Both the position numbers and the translations under genes were made by a program. Source: Candidatus Eiseniibacteriota bacterium (GTDB lineage Bacteria; Eisenbacteria; RBG-16-71-46; CAZAMP01). Taken from it: 64,000 nucleotides of DNA. Shown one piece after another: positions 38,548-48,892 of the stretch. The notes beneath the pieces were generated by a model. That model was not told the origin of the DNA. It saw only the letters and a list, made by a program, of their open reading frames with translations, and did not search any database. The DNA is taken from the NCBI GenBank assembly GCA_965224245.1, contig OZ245046.1:4960001-5024000 (forward strand). Direction: 5' to 3'. Positions within the stretch are counted from its first letter, which is position 1. Each line of letters opens with the position of its first letter.

Positions 38548-39534
38548 ATGACACGGATCGAGATCGGCGCCACGCGGGGCGCGCTGCTCGCGGTCGTCGC
38601 GTCGGTGGTTCCGGCGCTCGTCGCGTCGGCGCAGACGATCGAGGACGTCGCCGCGTCGAATCTCTCTAGCACGGCGGCCGCCGTGACCTGGACGACCGAC
38701 GTTCCGACCGACGGCACCGTCAACTACGGCACCACCACGTCCCTGGGAGGCTCGTCGTCGGATCCCCGGCCCGACGACGACGTACATGCGGTCTCCCTGT
38801 CCGGGCTGGCCGAGGACACGCTGTACTACTACGAGGTCGTGTCGAACGGCGTGACCGACGACAACGGCGGTGCGTTCTACACGTTCCGGACCAGCGTGGT
38901 CGGGAGCGGCGTTCCCTACGTCGTCTACGGCGCGACGACGATGATGGACGGCACCACGCCGGCCGTGGACGTCATCGTGATGGTGACCGTGACCGGCGTG
39001 AGCGGGACGTCCTCGGCGCTGACGACCCTGTCCGACGCCGGAGGCAACTGGGCGCTGAACCTGGGAAACCTCAAAGAGACCTCGGACGGTCAGGCGTATG
39101 CCTACGCGGCCGGAGACGCGCTGGACGTCGTGGCCAGCGGAGCGGCCGACGGAGACGCCATCGCGGCGGAGACGATCAGCGGCTCGAGTCCGCAGCTGGT
39201 ACCCCCGCTCGTTCTGGGGGGCGCCCTGGCCACACCGGACGCCGGGGGGCGTCCGAGCGTGGCTCTGACCGGCGCACCGAACCCGTTTCGCGCGTCGGTC
39301 ACGCTGAGCGTCTCGAGCCGCGACCCCCTGGCGGAAGCCGAGCTCGAGGTTCTCGACGTCCGGGGGCGGCGCGTCCGCGTCCAGCGCCTCGGCTCGGTGG
39401 CGGTCGGGATCAACCACTTCGTGTGGGACGGTCGGGACGGCTCGGGAGTCGACGTTCCCGCCGGTGCGTACTTCTACCGGATCGTCCACCGCGACGGACG
39501 CACGCCAGCGGCTCGCATCACGCTGACGCGGTAG
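38548..39534 (+). CDS. Secreted FN3/purple-acid-phosphatase-N-like protein with FlgD-Ig tail
   Basis: ATG at 38548 after GGAGG; VTWTTD...HAVSLSGLAEDTLYYYEV; APNPF...WDGRDGSG. Confidence 0.85.
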   Translation: MTRIEIGATRGALLAVVASVVPALVASAQTIEDVAASNLSSTAAAVTWTTDVPTDGTVNYGTTTSLGGSSSDPRPDDDVHAVSLSGLAEDTLYYYEVVSNGVTDDNGGAFYTFRTSVVGSGVPYVVYGATTMMDGTTPAVDVIVMVTVTGVSGTSSALTTLSDAGGNWALNLGNLKETSDGQAYAYAAGDALDVVASGAADGDAIAAETISGSSPQLVPPLVLGGALATPDAGGRPSVALTGAPNPFRASVTLSVSSRDPLAEAELEVLDVRGRRVRVQRLGSVAVGINHFVWDGRDGSGVDVPAGAYFYRIVHRDGRTPAARITLTR

Positions 39535-39745
39535 CCGGTACAGACCCGACGCAGGCGGGCGCCCGGACCGGGGGCGCTCGCCGGTCCGGCCGGGGCTCGG
39601 ATCCCCGTGGCTCTCCGCCGCCATTCCCGCGTGGCAAGACGGCCCGAATCACCGGACTCCCGCCCCCCGCGGCCGTCCCGTCATCGAGGAAAACGATGGC
39701 CGACGCCTCTAATTCCCGCTGCCGAACGGGACGATAACTAGCGTC

Positions 39746-40345
39746 ATGAGCTCCCACCTCTCACGGCATGCATCCGGCCGTCGGACGAGCCGACTCCGGC
39801 CGGCGCGGCTTCTCGGGCTCGGTGCGTTGCTCGCGCTCCTTGCGCTGAGCGCCGGCCCGACGCCAGCCGTCGTGGCCGGGTCCGGCGAGCCGACGTCGGC
39901 GGAGCGTCGAACCGACTACATCCTGAACTGTCTCCGGTTCGTCCACTGGCCCGTCGAGCCCGACCACGCGATCGACGTCGTCGTGCTCGACGACGTCGAT
40001 CTCTCGGTGGCGCTTCGAAGAGCCGCGGAGACCCGGCAGGTGCGCGGCCACGACGTGACGGTGAGCACCGACCCGCGACTCGTCGAGCGTGGGCTCGCAG
40101 ACGTGGTGTTCGCGGCGGATCGATGCCCGCGAGCCGACGAGATCATCCGCGCCGCCACGTCGGGGACGCGCGCCGTCCTGACCATCGGAGACGGCGATGC
40201 CTTCACGAAGGCCGGCGGCATGCTCGCCCTCGTCCAGCGAGACGACGGCCTCGCCGTTCGTGTGAACATGACGGCCGTCATGCAGTCGGAGATCGAGATC
40301 TGCTCGCGGCTCCTCGTGGTCGCCGAGCTCGTGGAGAGCGAATGA
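39746..40345 (+). CDS. yfiR: YfiR family periplasmic protein
   Basis: [22 protein letters not shown]...GGML, VN...SRLL. Confidence 0.8.
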   Translation: MSSHLSRHASGRRTSRLRPARLLGLGALLALLALSAGPTPAVVAGSGEPTSAERRTDYILNCLRFVHWPVEPDHAIDVVVLDDVDLSVALRRAAETRQVRGHDVTVSTDPRLVERGLADVVFAADRCPRADEIIRAATSGTRAVLTIGDGDAFTKAGGMLALVQRDDGLAVRVNMTAVMQSEIEICSRLLVVAELVESE

Positions 40346-42726
40346 AGTTCCTCGCCACGCGCATGGCGGCGATCCCGTTCCGCCGAAAGATCCATGTTCT
40401 CGTCACCGCGACGAGCTGCGGCGCCCTCGCGCTGGCCTGCGCCAGCATGGCGATCCGCGACTTCATCAGCTACAAGACGGCGCTCGTGAACGAGCTGGAC
40501 AGCATCACGGCGATCGTCAGCCTCAACAGCACCGCCCCGGTGCTGTTCGACGATGCGCAGTCGGGAACCGAGGTACTGGACGCCTTGTCCGCCCATCCGT
40601 CGGTCATCTACGCGCGGCTCGTCCGCAGCGGGATGCGTCCCCTGGCCGAGTTCCGGCGTCACGACGCCGACACCTTCATCCCGCCGGCGCCCGGGAGACC
40701 GGGTCACGAGTTCACACCAAACCTGCTGATCATGCGTCGCGCGGTCATCTTCGACGGCGAGCAGATCGGATCTCTCATCCTGGTCTCGGACGTCTCGCCG
40801 CTCTACTACCGGATGCGCGGCGCCGTGCTCACGGCGCTCGTGGTGCTGGTCAGCGCGGTGGGGCTCTCGTTCATCCTCTCCACGCGCGCGCACTACATGG
40901 TCACCCGTCCGCTGATCGCGCTCGCGGACGCGGCCCGCCGGGTGTCGGCCAGTCAGGACTACGACGTGCGCGTGGAGCGAGCGGCCGACGACGAGATCGG
41001 CGCGCTGACCGACGCCTTCAACGACATGCTCGCGCGGATCAAGTCCACGAACGACGAGCTGACCCGTGCGCACGAGGAGCTCGAGCAGCGCGTCGCCGAG
41101 CGCACCAAGCAGCTCCGGGTGGCCAAGGAGTCGGCTCTCGAGAGCTCTCGCCTGAAGTCGGAGTTCCTGGCCAACATGAGTCACGAGATTCGCACGCCGA
41201 TGAACGGTGTGCTCGGCATGGCCAAGCTCGCGCTGGAGTCCGATCCGTCGCCCGAGCAGCGGGAGTACCTCAACTCGATCGTGGCATCGGGTCGATCCCT
41301 CCTGACGCTCTTGAACGACATCCTCGACTTCTCGAAGATCGAAGCGGGGAAGCTGGTCCTGAACACGGTCGCGTTCGACGTTCGGGACGTCATTCGCGAC
41401 GCGCTCAAGACCGTGGCGCCGATCGCGGCCCCACGACCACTCGACCTGCTGGGCGACATCTCCGCGGAGGTTCCGTCCACGGTGGAAGGAGATCCTGATC
41501 GGCTCCGTCAGATCGTGCTGAACCTCGTCGCCAACGCCACGAAGTTCACGAACGAGGGCACGGTCCTGGTGTCCGTCCGCTGTCTCTCCGAGCCATCCGC
41601 GTCGGTCGAGCTGGAGATCACGGTCAGCGACACCGGCATCGGAATCGCGCGAGAGAAGCTGGAGCACATCTTCGAATCCTTCACGCAAGCCGATGGATCG
41701 ATCACGCGCCGCTACGGTGGAACGGGCCTGGGGCTCGCCATCGCGTCGGGTCTCGTGACCGCGATGGGCGGCCGGATCCAGGTGGAGAGCGAGCAGGGGG
41801 TGGGGACCACGTTCTGTCTGACGATCCGGCTCGGCTGCGATCGGGCCGCCGTGAGCCCACCGAGCCGGCTGTCGCAACCCATCGACGTGCTCGTGGTGGA
41901 CGAGAGCGCGCCGCGCCGGCGGGCGATCGCGACCGCCGTCCGGAGATGGGGAGGCCGGCCCCTGTCGGTGGCGACGGCCGAGCGCGCACTCGGCGCCCTC
42001 GTCCACGGTCTCGAGTCCGGCCGGCCGTTCGACGTGTGCATCGTCAACGACAGGCTCCCGGACCAGAGCGCCCTCGGACTGGCCGAGCTCGTGCGCGTCG
42101 ACTCCGACTTCGACGATCTCGAGATGCTCTTCCTGCTCGGCTACGATAACCTGAATCTCGACGGACGCTACGCGAAGCTCTCGGTGAGCGGCTGGCTCAC
42201 CAAGCCGCTGCTCACGCACGAGCTGTTCGATCTCCTCGCGCCCATCGCGGCGCGACCGAGGCCATCGTCGCCGTCACGTCGACCGTGTCGGGTGCTGGTC
42301 GTGAGTGACCCCGCCAGGCTCCCGGTCATGCAACGCGCGTTCGAGCAACGAGGCCACTCCGTCCTGACGGCGAGCGACATCATGGACGTCGAAGGAATCC
42401 TCGCAGAGACGCAGGTGGACGCCGCGATCGTGGCCGCCGAGCCAGGCGGGGCGGTCGGCGGCCGGGACGTCCTCCGCGTGATCCGCGATGCAGACGACGC
42501 GTGCGGCGAGTGGACGCCGCTGATCCTCCTCGACGGCGCTCGTCCGGAAACCCCGCGCACGAGCACCGACGCGGCGGGCCTCCCGGGCGGCGACGCGCCG
42601 GCGACGGCGGACCGGACTCTCGACCCCGCGACACCGCCGACCCGACTCGTCGAGGCCGTCGTCGCGCTCGTCTCGGACCGAGCGAACGACGGCGATGGCA
42701 CGCGCGGGCCGCGCGCCGCCGCGTGA
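40342..42726 (+). CDS. Hybrid sensor histidine kinase (CHASE8-like, HAMP, HisKA, HATPase, two atypical REC domains)
   Basis: [48 protein letters not shown] overlap with yfiR. Confidence 0.92.
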   Translation: MKFLATRMAAIPFRRKIHVLVTATSCGALALACASMAIRDFISYKTALVNELDSITAIVSLNSTAPVLFDDAQSGTEVLDALSAHPSVIYARLVRSGMRPLAEFRRHDADTFIPPAPGRPGHEFTPNLLIMRRAVIFDGEQIGSLILVSDVSPLYYRMRGAVLTALVVLVSAVGLSFILSTRAHYMVTRPLIALADAARRVSASQDYDVRVERAADDEIGALTDAFNDMLARIKSTNDELTRAHEELEQRVAERTKQLRVAKESALESSRLKSEFLANMSHEIRTPMNGVLGMAKLALESDPSPEQREYLNSIVASGRSLLTLLNDILDFSKIEAGKLVLNTVAFDVRDVIRDALKTVAPIAAPRPLDLLGDISAEVPSTVEGDPDRLRQIVLNLVANATKFTNEGTVLVSVRCLSEPSASVELEITVSDTGIGIAREKLEHIFESFTQADGSITRRYGGTGLGLAIASGLVTAMGGRIQVESEQGVGTTFCLTIRLGCDRAAVSPPSRLSQPIDVLVVDESAPRRRAIATAVRRWGGRPLSVATAERALGALVHGLESGRPFDVCIVNDRLPDQSALGLAELVRVDSDFDDLEMLFLLGYDNLNLDGRYAKLSVSGWLTKPLLTHELFDLLAPIAARPRPSSPSRRPCRVLVVSDPARLPVMQRAFEQRGHSVLTASDIMDVEGILAETQVDAAIVAAEPGGAVGGRDVLRVIRDADDACGEWTPLILLDGARPETPRTSTDAAGLPGGDAPATADRTLDPATPPTRLVEAVVALVSDRANDGDGTRGPRAAA

Positions 42727-42733
42727 GTGACCG

Positions 42734-44821
42734 ATGACGTGGACACTGGGTAACTACACGCTTCTCGAGCGCCTCGGCTCCGGCGGTATGAGCGAGGTGT
42801 GGCTCGGACATCCGACCGGTCACCCGGATCTGGCGGTGGCGATCAAGACCGCGGTGATCGACCCGGCCACCCGCCGGTGGTTCGAGAACGAGGTGCACAC
42901 GCTGGCCGAGATCGATCACCCGGGCATCGTGCGCGTGCTCGACGCGAACGAGGCGGAGGGCCGGATCTACGTCGTGATGGAGTACGTGGACGGGCCCACG
43001 TTGCGGCGCATCCTCAGCCACCGGCGCCGGGGTCGTCGAGTAGAGGAGACGGCGCGCTGGGTCGAGCTTGATCGCGCCGCGTTTCGGCGGTGGGTCGTGT
43101 CCAAGGCGGCCGAGGTCGCCGACGCGCTGGCCGCGGTCCACGCCACCGGGCTCGCGCACCTCGACGTCAAGCCGGACAACATCCTCGTGGACGAGAGCGA
43201 TCGCGTCCGACTCATCGACTTCAACCTGTCGCTACGCGAGGATTCGCCGTCGGTCCATCACGTGGGCACACCGGCCTACATGAGTCCCGAGCAGGCGGCG
43301 CGCGAGCAGGCACCGACCCTGGACGCGCGGGCCGACGTCTTCTCGCTCGGGGTCGTGCTCTACGAGGCGCTCACCGGCGAGCGTCCCTTCGGACGCGGGA
43401 GCTCGGACGAGGTTCTCGAGCGTGTTCGGACCCTGAACCCGCCGGCCCCGAGCTCGCTGGTTCCCGACGTCCCGCCGGATCTCGACATCGTCGTGCGAAA
43501 GGCGATCCAGAAGCGCCGCGACGACCGCTACCAGACCGCGCACGAGCTCGCCGCCGATCTCCGGCGCGTGCTTCGCGGCGAGCCGGTGCGTGCGACCGCC
43601 CCGCCGGAGCGGTCCGCGGTGCGGGAGTGGGCGGCGCAAAATCGGGCCTGGCTGCGTCGGGGCGTCCTCGTGGCGGCGGCCGTGGCGGCGGTGCTCGGAG
43701 CTCGATCCGCGCGCGAGGCCTACGTCGCGTGGCGCTCGGTGCCGCTCGTCGCGGTCAGGGCGTTCGACACCGGGGGTACCGAGATCGAAGACGCGGGCGT
43801 GTACGCATGTCGACTCGATGATTTCGGACGCGAGCAGGGACCCGTGGAACGGCTGGGCGCGACGCCCCTGGCGGGCACCCGCGTGGATGCGGATCGCGTG
43901 CGCCTGTTGATACTGGACGGCGACGGTCGTGCGGCCGAGCTCGTTCGCGAGCTCGAGCGAAGCGGACGCACGACGTACGCCCGCGCCGTGCTGCGCGAGC
44001 CACCGACGCAGGCGATGGTGCGCATGCCGCCCACACGCGCGCGGTTGATGGTCAGCGCCGGGGAGTCCCCGGGACTGGATCCGTGGGCGGAGGCCGAGGT
44101 CGACGTCGAGGCGTTCTGGATCGACCGCTACGAGGTGACGAACGCCGAGTTCCGAACGTTCCTGGCCGACTCGAGCTGGTTCGCGATCACGCGGCACGGG
44201 CGGCCCGGGCCCCATCCGCTGTGGCCGGACTCTCTCACCCGCGCCTGGGCGATACGTCCCGTGCTCGCCACGTATGCGCAGGCCGCGCTGTACGCCGAGT
44301 GGGCCGGCAAGCGGCTGCCCACGGCGATCGAGTGGCAACGCGCGGCGCGGGGGGCGGAGGGTCGCCGCTATCCATGGGGAGACACCCCCGACGATCCTCC
44401 GGGATCTCGGGCCGTCTACGGACGCCCCAACGTCCGCGACATCGCGGGCGCGGCCGCCGCGGAGGGGACTGCCTCGGACCGGCCGCACACTCGCGACATC
44501 GATCGTGCGAACTACCTGATGCACGTCGCCCCGGCTCGATCGTTCGCCGACGGCGCCACCCCCGAGGGACTCCATCACATGCTCGGCAACCTCGAGGAAT
44601 GGACCGTGAGCATCCCGAGCGAGTGGTCCGACTCCGGTGTCGTCACGTTTCCCGACGAGCGGATCGTCCTGGGTGGCTCGTGGCCGATGGCGCGCCACGC
44701 GGCACGTCTGGACGTGCTGTCACCCGAGCTGATCGACAACGTGACACGCAACACGATCGGGTTCCGCTGCGTCAGAAGCGACTACGGATCCGGGGTGTCG
44801 TTGATCGCCTGGACGCGATAG
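42734..44821 (+). CDS. Ser/Thr protein kinase fused to FGE-sulfatase (SUMF1-like) domain
   Basis: LGSGGMSEV, VAIK, HLDVKPDN, DFN, GTPAYMSPE; TM helix; IDRYEVTN, KRLPTAIEW, YPWG, MLGNLEEW, GFRCV. Confidence 0.92.
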   Translation: MTWTLGNYTLLERLGSGGMSEVWLGHPTGHPDLAVAIKTAVIDPATRRWFENEVHTLAEIDHPGIVRVLDANEAEGRIYVVMEYVDGPTLRRILSHRRRGRRVEETARWVELDRAAFRRWVVSKAAEVADALAAVHATGLAHLDVKPDNILVDESDRVRLIDFNLSLREDSPSVHHVGTPAYMSPEQAAREQAPTLDARADVFSLGVVLYEALTGERPFGRGSSDEVLERVRTLNPPAPSSLVPDVPPDLDIVVRKAIQKRRDDRYQTAHELAADLRRVLRGEPVRATAPPERSAVREWAAQNRAWLRRGVLVAAAVAAVLGARSAREAYVAWRSVPLVAVRAFDTGGTEIEDAGVYACRLDDFGREQGPVERLGATPLAGTRVDADRVRLLILDGDGRAAELVRELERSGRTTYARAVLREPPTQAMVRMPPTRARLMVSAGESPGLDPWAEAEVDVEAFWIDRYEVTNAEFRTFLADSSWFAITRHGRPGPHPLWPDSLTRAWAIRPVLATYAQAALYAEWAGKRLPTAIEWQRAARGAEGRRYPWGDTPDDPPGSRAVYGRPNVRDIAGAAAAEGTASDRPHTRDIDRANYLMHVAPARSFADGATPEGLHHMLGNLEEWTVSIPSEWSDSGVVTFPDERIVLGGSWPMARHAARLDVLSPELIDNVTRNTIGFRCVRSDYGSGVSLIAWTR

Positions 44822-46008
44822 CAGATGAACGCGAGCTCCCCGTCACCCTCGGACTCCGGCACGTCGGTCGTGGATCCGGCCGCCTGGAGCTCGGCATCGA
44901 TGATCGACGCATACTCCACGGCCACGTAGAGCCGATCACCCCGCATGGCCAGGAAGTCGCGCTCGGGGTCGCCCTCGCCGAAGAGGGTCACGACGTGGTC
45001 GAACCGGCCGTCCCGGTCGAACACGTCGAAGCGACCGAACGCCTCGGGCGTGAGCCCCTCCTGGCTCCGGCAGTGTCGCACCCAGAGCTCGCCCGGGCGT
45101 GGCGTGAACATCTCGACGATGGCCGGGGCGTCGGCTTCGATCTCGCTGGAGACGCCGGGCAGGCCGGCCGTCATGGCCTCGTAGTACGAGCCCACGTAGG
45201 CGCGCTCGAAGTCGTTTCGGCCTCGCGTCTCGAACTCCCTCTCGATGACGTGAGCCGGACGCCCGTCCGCGTGATAGACGTGAACCCGGTACGGCATCAA
45301 TGACTCGACCGCGTAGACGGTGCCGTCGGCGTCGAGCGCCCACCGCGAGTCGAAAGAGCTCCACTCCCGCTCACGCATGACGCCGCCGGCGAGAGCGACC
45401 GCGCGCGTGGCGCTCGTGTAGACCGCTGCGCGCGTGCCGTCGGGGTTCACGGCCACGAGATCGTGCGTCTGCTCGAGTCGCTCGTCGACCACCCGCTGGG
45501 TGTGCACGTGCATCACCGTGTGGCCGTGCTCGGCCCGCGTGCGCTGGACGTAGCGGTACCGGAACTCGCGGCGCATCGGCAGCTTCACGAGGCCCCGGTA
45601 CGTGCCGTCGGGTGCGAAGGCCTCGATCTTCGTGGGAACGGTCTGGAGGACGGCCAGATCGCCGTCCGGGGTCCAGTAGAGCTGCGTGGGATCGAGGAGC
45701 TCGCCCGGGCCTTCGCCACGGCGGCCGATCAGTCGCGAGACCTCGCCATCGGGCGTGACGACCATGACCCGAGCGTACGAGTAGTCGAGGAGATACGAGT
45801 TGCCGTCCTCGTCGACCTCGACCGCGTAGATCAGGCCGAAGTCGTCGTCGGCGTCGAGCCGCCACAGCTCCTCGAGCTGGATCGAGACGGGCTCGTGAGC
45901 CGGCGTGGCCGGGCTCGTGACCAGCGGAGCCTGGGGGGCTCCGGCCGCCGGCGCGATCAGGAGCAGGGTGGCGATTGCCGGGGTGATTCGAATGTGGTCG
46001 TAACGCAT
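44782..46008 (-). CDS. Secreted 6-bladed beta-propeller (NHL-like) protein
   Basis: Signal peptide; VDEDGNSYLLD, IGRRGEGPGEL, FDVFDRDGRF. Confidence 0.8.
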   Translation of the reverse strand: MRYDHIRITPAIATLLLIAPAAGAPQAPLVTSPATPAHEPVSIQLEELWRLDADDDFGLIYAVEVDEDGNSYLLDYSYARVMVVTPDGEVSRLIGRRGEGPGELLDPTQLYWTPDGDLAVLQTVPTKIEAFAPDGTYRGLVKLPMRREFRYRYVQRTRAEHGHTVMHVHTQRVVDERLEQTHDLVAVNPDGTRAAVYTSATRAVALAGGVMREREWSSFDSRWALDADGTVYAVESLMPYRVHVYHADGRPAHVIEREFETRGRNDFERAYVGSYYEAMTAGLPGVSSEIEADAPAIVEMFTPRPGELWVRHCRSQEGLTPEAFGRFDVFDRDGRFDHVVTLFGEGDPERDFLAMRGDRLYVAVEYASIIDAELQAAGSTTDVPESEGDGELAFICYRVQAINDTPDP

Positions 46009-46214
46009 GCACGCCCTCCGATGGATGGTGTCGTCGATCGCTCGATCGATTCGGATCTCGACGAGGACCGCAAACCTCGTGGGCGAGAGGAAAGCGGGGA
46101 AAATCTACCGCACGGCGGACGATGCTCCTCGACGGAATCGTTCGCGTGCGCGACCGAATAGCGCCTACCCTCGATCATGGACTGTAGCTCGTCCGGCGTG
46201 CTCCCGGCCACGAC

Positions 46215-47267
46215 TCATCCGGTGTTCTCGTGCCCGTGCCGCCGCGCGGACCGGACGGCCGGCGAGACGTCGCCGGCCAGCGACGTGCCCGCCCCGGCCG
46301 CGTCCACGACCGGCATCGCGCAGTCGGGGCAGATCTCGACCGTCAGCCGGAACGCCGAGCCGCACGCCGGGCACCACCCGCGCACGCCGCTCCCGAGGTC
46401 CGGCACGCGCATGACGCCCTCGACGTCGATCCCGAGCGCCGCGGCGGCCGCGCGCACGCGTCGCTCTCGGACGTTCCACAGCCGACGCCAACCCTCATCG
46501 GCCAGCCGGGCCCGGGCGATCGCGGCTCCCCATAGCTCACGGCGGACGACCGCGTCGCGGCGGTGGCCGCCGAACGTGGCCGCGGCCACGAGATGGGGAT
46601 CCGCATCCTCGTAGGCGTGTCGCAGGAGCCGTGTCGCCGCGTGATGCGTCGTCGGCGCATAGATCGCGAGCGCGACCACGGAGTCGACCGGCACACGCGC
46701 CGACGCGCGCCGGAGCCGCGCGACCAGCCGCCACGCCAGTGCGGCCGCGGTCACGTGAGCGATCACCACCAGCGCCATCACGACCTCGAAGACGCCCGGG
46801 ACATCGCGCGGTACCACGTAGAGCGAGACGGGAAGCGCGCTGACCGCCGTGACGAACGCGACCGTGCTCGCCCAGGTGGAGGCGCGCTCGGCGCCCGCGA
46901 TCGACTCCCGACGCTCGCGGAACGCCTCGAACGACGCGGGCTCCCGGACCTCCGCCGGCTCGGCACCGGCGGGAGCCGTCGCGTCGACGTATCTCGCGGG
47001 GTCGAAACGATCGGTGTCCCGGCCCGACGTGCTCGTGAACGTCCAGCGGGGATCGCCCTCCAGCGTGCGCGGAGGGGAGACGGCGTATCCGCGATCGAAC
47101 GGTGTCAGGCCGACGAGATGCCAGCCGCGTCCCGCGATCACTCCACCGGACGGACGGCGCACGACGAGGCGCCCGCGCCCGGTCACGCGGAAGATGCAGT
47201 CGGCGAGGAAGCCGGCGACGAGATAGGGATAGACCTCGGCGAACGCGACGAAGACCGCGTCGATCAC
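46215..47267 (-). CDS. Hypothetical membrane protein with C-terminal zinc ribbon
   Basis: TM segments; WCPAC...CPDC. Confidence 0.65.
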   Translation of the reverse strand: MIDAVFVAFAEVYPYLVAGFLADCIFRVTGRGRLVVRRPSGGVIAGRGWHLVGLTPFDRGYAVSPPRTLEGDPRWTFTSTSGRDTDRFDPARYVDATAPAGAEPAEVREPASFEAFRERRESIAGAERASTWASTVAFVTAVSALPVSLYVVPRDVPGVFEVVMALVVIAHVTAAALAWRLVARLRRASARVPVDSVVALAIYAPTTHHAATRLLRHAYEDADPHLVAAATFGGHRRDAVVRRELWGAAIARARLADEGWRRLWNVRERRVRAAAAALGIDVEGVMRVPDLGSGVRGWCPACGSAFRLTVEICPDCAMPVVDAAGAGTSLAGDVSPAVRSARRHGHENTG

Positions 47268-47328
47268 CGATCCGCCCGCCGATCCCGCCTGCGCCGATCC
47301 CGTCGCGCCGGTCGCGTCGCGCCGGTCA

Positions 47329-48363
47329 CTACGCGGTCGGCTCCGCGGGCTTCCGGCGGCCGGTCAGCGCCGCGATCAGACGCTTCGCCGCCGCGGCCAG
47401 CGCGACCAGACCGACCAGGAGGAGCTTGCCGGCCTTCTTCACCGCCAGCAGAAGCGCGCTGAACAGTCCGACCTTCGTGGCCGCCACCGCGGCACCGGCA
47501 CCGACGAGCGCGGCGAGGCCGTAGCCGGCCAGCTTGTCGCCCTGACGGTACTCGGCGTAGGTGTTCCCCGGGGTGTACTCGAACGAGTCGAGAATCGCGG
47601 CCATCTTCGGCAGCGTCTCGTCCATGGAGATGGGGTCGGTCACGAGCGTCACCGACGTGTAGCCGCCTCGACCGAGGAGTCGCACGTCGTAGTTGATGAT
47701 CTCCTCGCCACTGTCGGTCTCGGCCAGAAGCGCCCAGGTCAGGTCGTTGGTCACGGGGTCGTAGGCGGGTGCCTGGTACCAGCGGCGAACGTGCAAGGCC
47801 TCGAGCCCGTACTCGCGACGCGTCTCGTTCGCGGCCTCGGTACCGGCGATGTACGACTCCAGCAGGGCATCCGCGTCGATGTCGGCCTGATCCTCGTCGG
47901 TGACGTAGCCGACGTCGTCGAACTCGAAGTACAGCGACCAGTCCTCGTCCTCGGCGGTCGGGAACACCATCCCGAGCACGAGCAGATGAGAGGGGTTGCC
48001 CCACGACTCGAGAAGCGCCGCCGTCGTGGGACCGTCGGCGAAGGACTGACTCCCGGAGATCGCGATGTGCGCGAGATCCCGAAGCGGCATGACGCCGGGA
48101 CCCTGCACGAACGCGATCTGCGACCCACCGGCGGGTTCGGCCCCGGGGTCGTCCTGAGCGACCGCGACGTCCGGAAACGAGACGGCAAACAGGAAGACGG
48201 CGGCCAACGATCCGGCGCGGCTCGGCGGAATCCGGACCGCGGCGAGCGCGCGCCGCACGCGCTCGATCCCACGAGCGTCGGGAGTTCTCACGTCGGTTCT
48301 CCTTGGGCAGCGAGCCACCAGGTCCGATACTCTACGCCATCGCGCACGTCGGAGCCGAGCCAA
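47329..48363 (-). CDS. DUF2167 family membrane-anchored protein (start probably later than ORF start)
   Basis: GYVTDED, INYDVRLLGRGG, GDKLAGYGLAALVG, C-terminal TM helix. Confidence 0.85.
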   Translation of the reverse strand: MARLRRARWRRVSDLVARCPRRTDVRTPDARGIERVRRALAAVRIPPSRAGSLAAVFLFAVSFPDVAVAQDDPGAEPAGGSQIAFVQGPGVMPLRDLAHIAISGSQSFADGPTTAALLESWGNPSHLLVLGMVFPTAEDEDWSLYFEFDDVGYVTDEDQADIDADALLESYIAGTEAANETRREYGLEALHVRRWYQAPAYDPVTNDLTWALLAETDSGEEIINYDVRLLGRGGYTSVTLVTDPISMDETLPKMAAILDSFEYTPGNTYAEYRQGDKLAGYGLAALVGAGAAVAATKVGLFSALLLAVKKAGKLLLVGLVALAAAAKRLIAALTGRRKPAEPTA

Positions 48364-48471
48364 AAGTCAGACGACCGCGAGCTGGGCGAGGGTTTTCGAT
48401 CTGCCGATCCCGCAGGTAGGGGGAGCGAGCGGGAACGAGGCGAGCGACACCTGGAGGCAGCGGACGCGGCC

Positions 48472-48891
48472 ATGACGATCCGCCGAATGAGGACCGATCC
48501 GGAGGTGGAGGCGTGTCGAGAGGTCATGCGCGTGCTGCGCCCGCACGTATCCCGTGAGTCGTTCCTGTCGCGCGTGCGGGCCCAGGAGGCATCCGGATAC
48601 CGACTGGCCGCAGTCGCCGAGGACGACGCCGTCCGCGCCGTGGCCGGCTATCGCATCGGCGAGTGCCTCGCATGGGGTCGTTTCCTCTACGTCGACGACC
48701 TGGTCACCGATCCGGCGTCGCGCTCGCGCGGGTACGGCGCCGCGCTCCTGGACTGGCTGCGCGCCGAGGCCCGGCGAGAGGGCTGCTCCGCGCTGCATCT
48801 GGACTCGGGCGTGCAGCGCACCGACGCGCACCGTTTCTATGTGCGCGAGGGCATGACCCACACGAGCCATCACTTCGTCGAGGACCTCTGA
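48472..48891 (+). CDS. GNAT family acetyltransferase
   Basis: YVDDLVTD...RSRGYG, LHLDSGVQR...AHRFY. Confidence 0.92.
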   Translation: MTIRRMRTDPEVEACREVMRVLRPHVSRESFLSRVRAQEASGYRLAAVAEDDAVRAVAGYRIGECLAWGRFLYVDDLVTDPASRSRGYGAALLDWLRAEARREGCSALHLDSGVQRTDAHRFYVREGMTHTSHHFVEDL

Positions 48892-48892
48892 C

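Noticed and set aside
28689-38723. Very long minus-strand ORFs (1217, 635 and 1270 aa); similarly 13014-15791 and 57338-60901
   Set aside because: Antisense shadows of real genes caused by high-GC codon bias; Arg/Gly/Val-rich with no motifs
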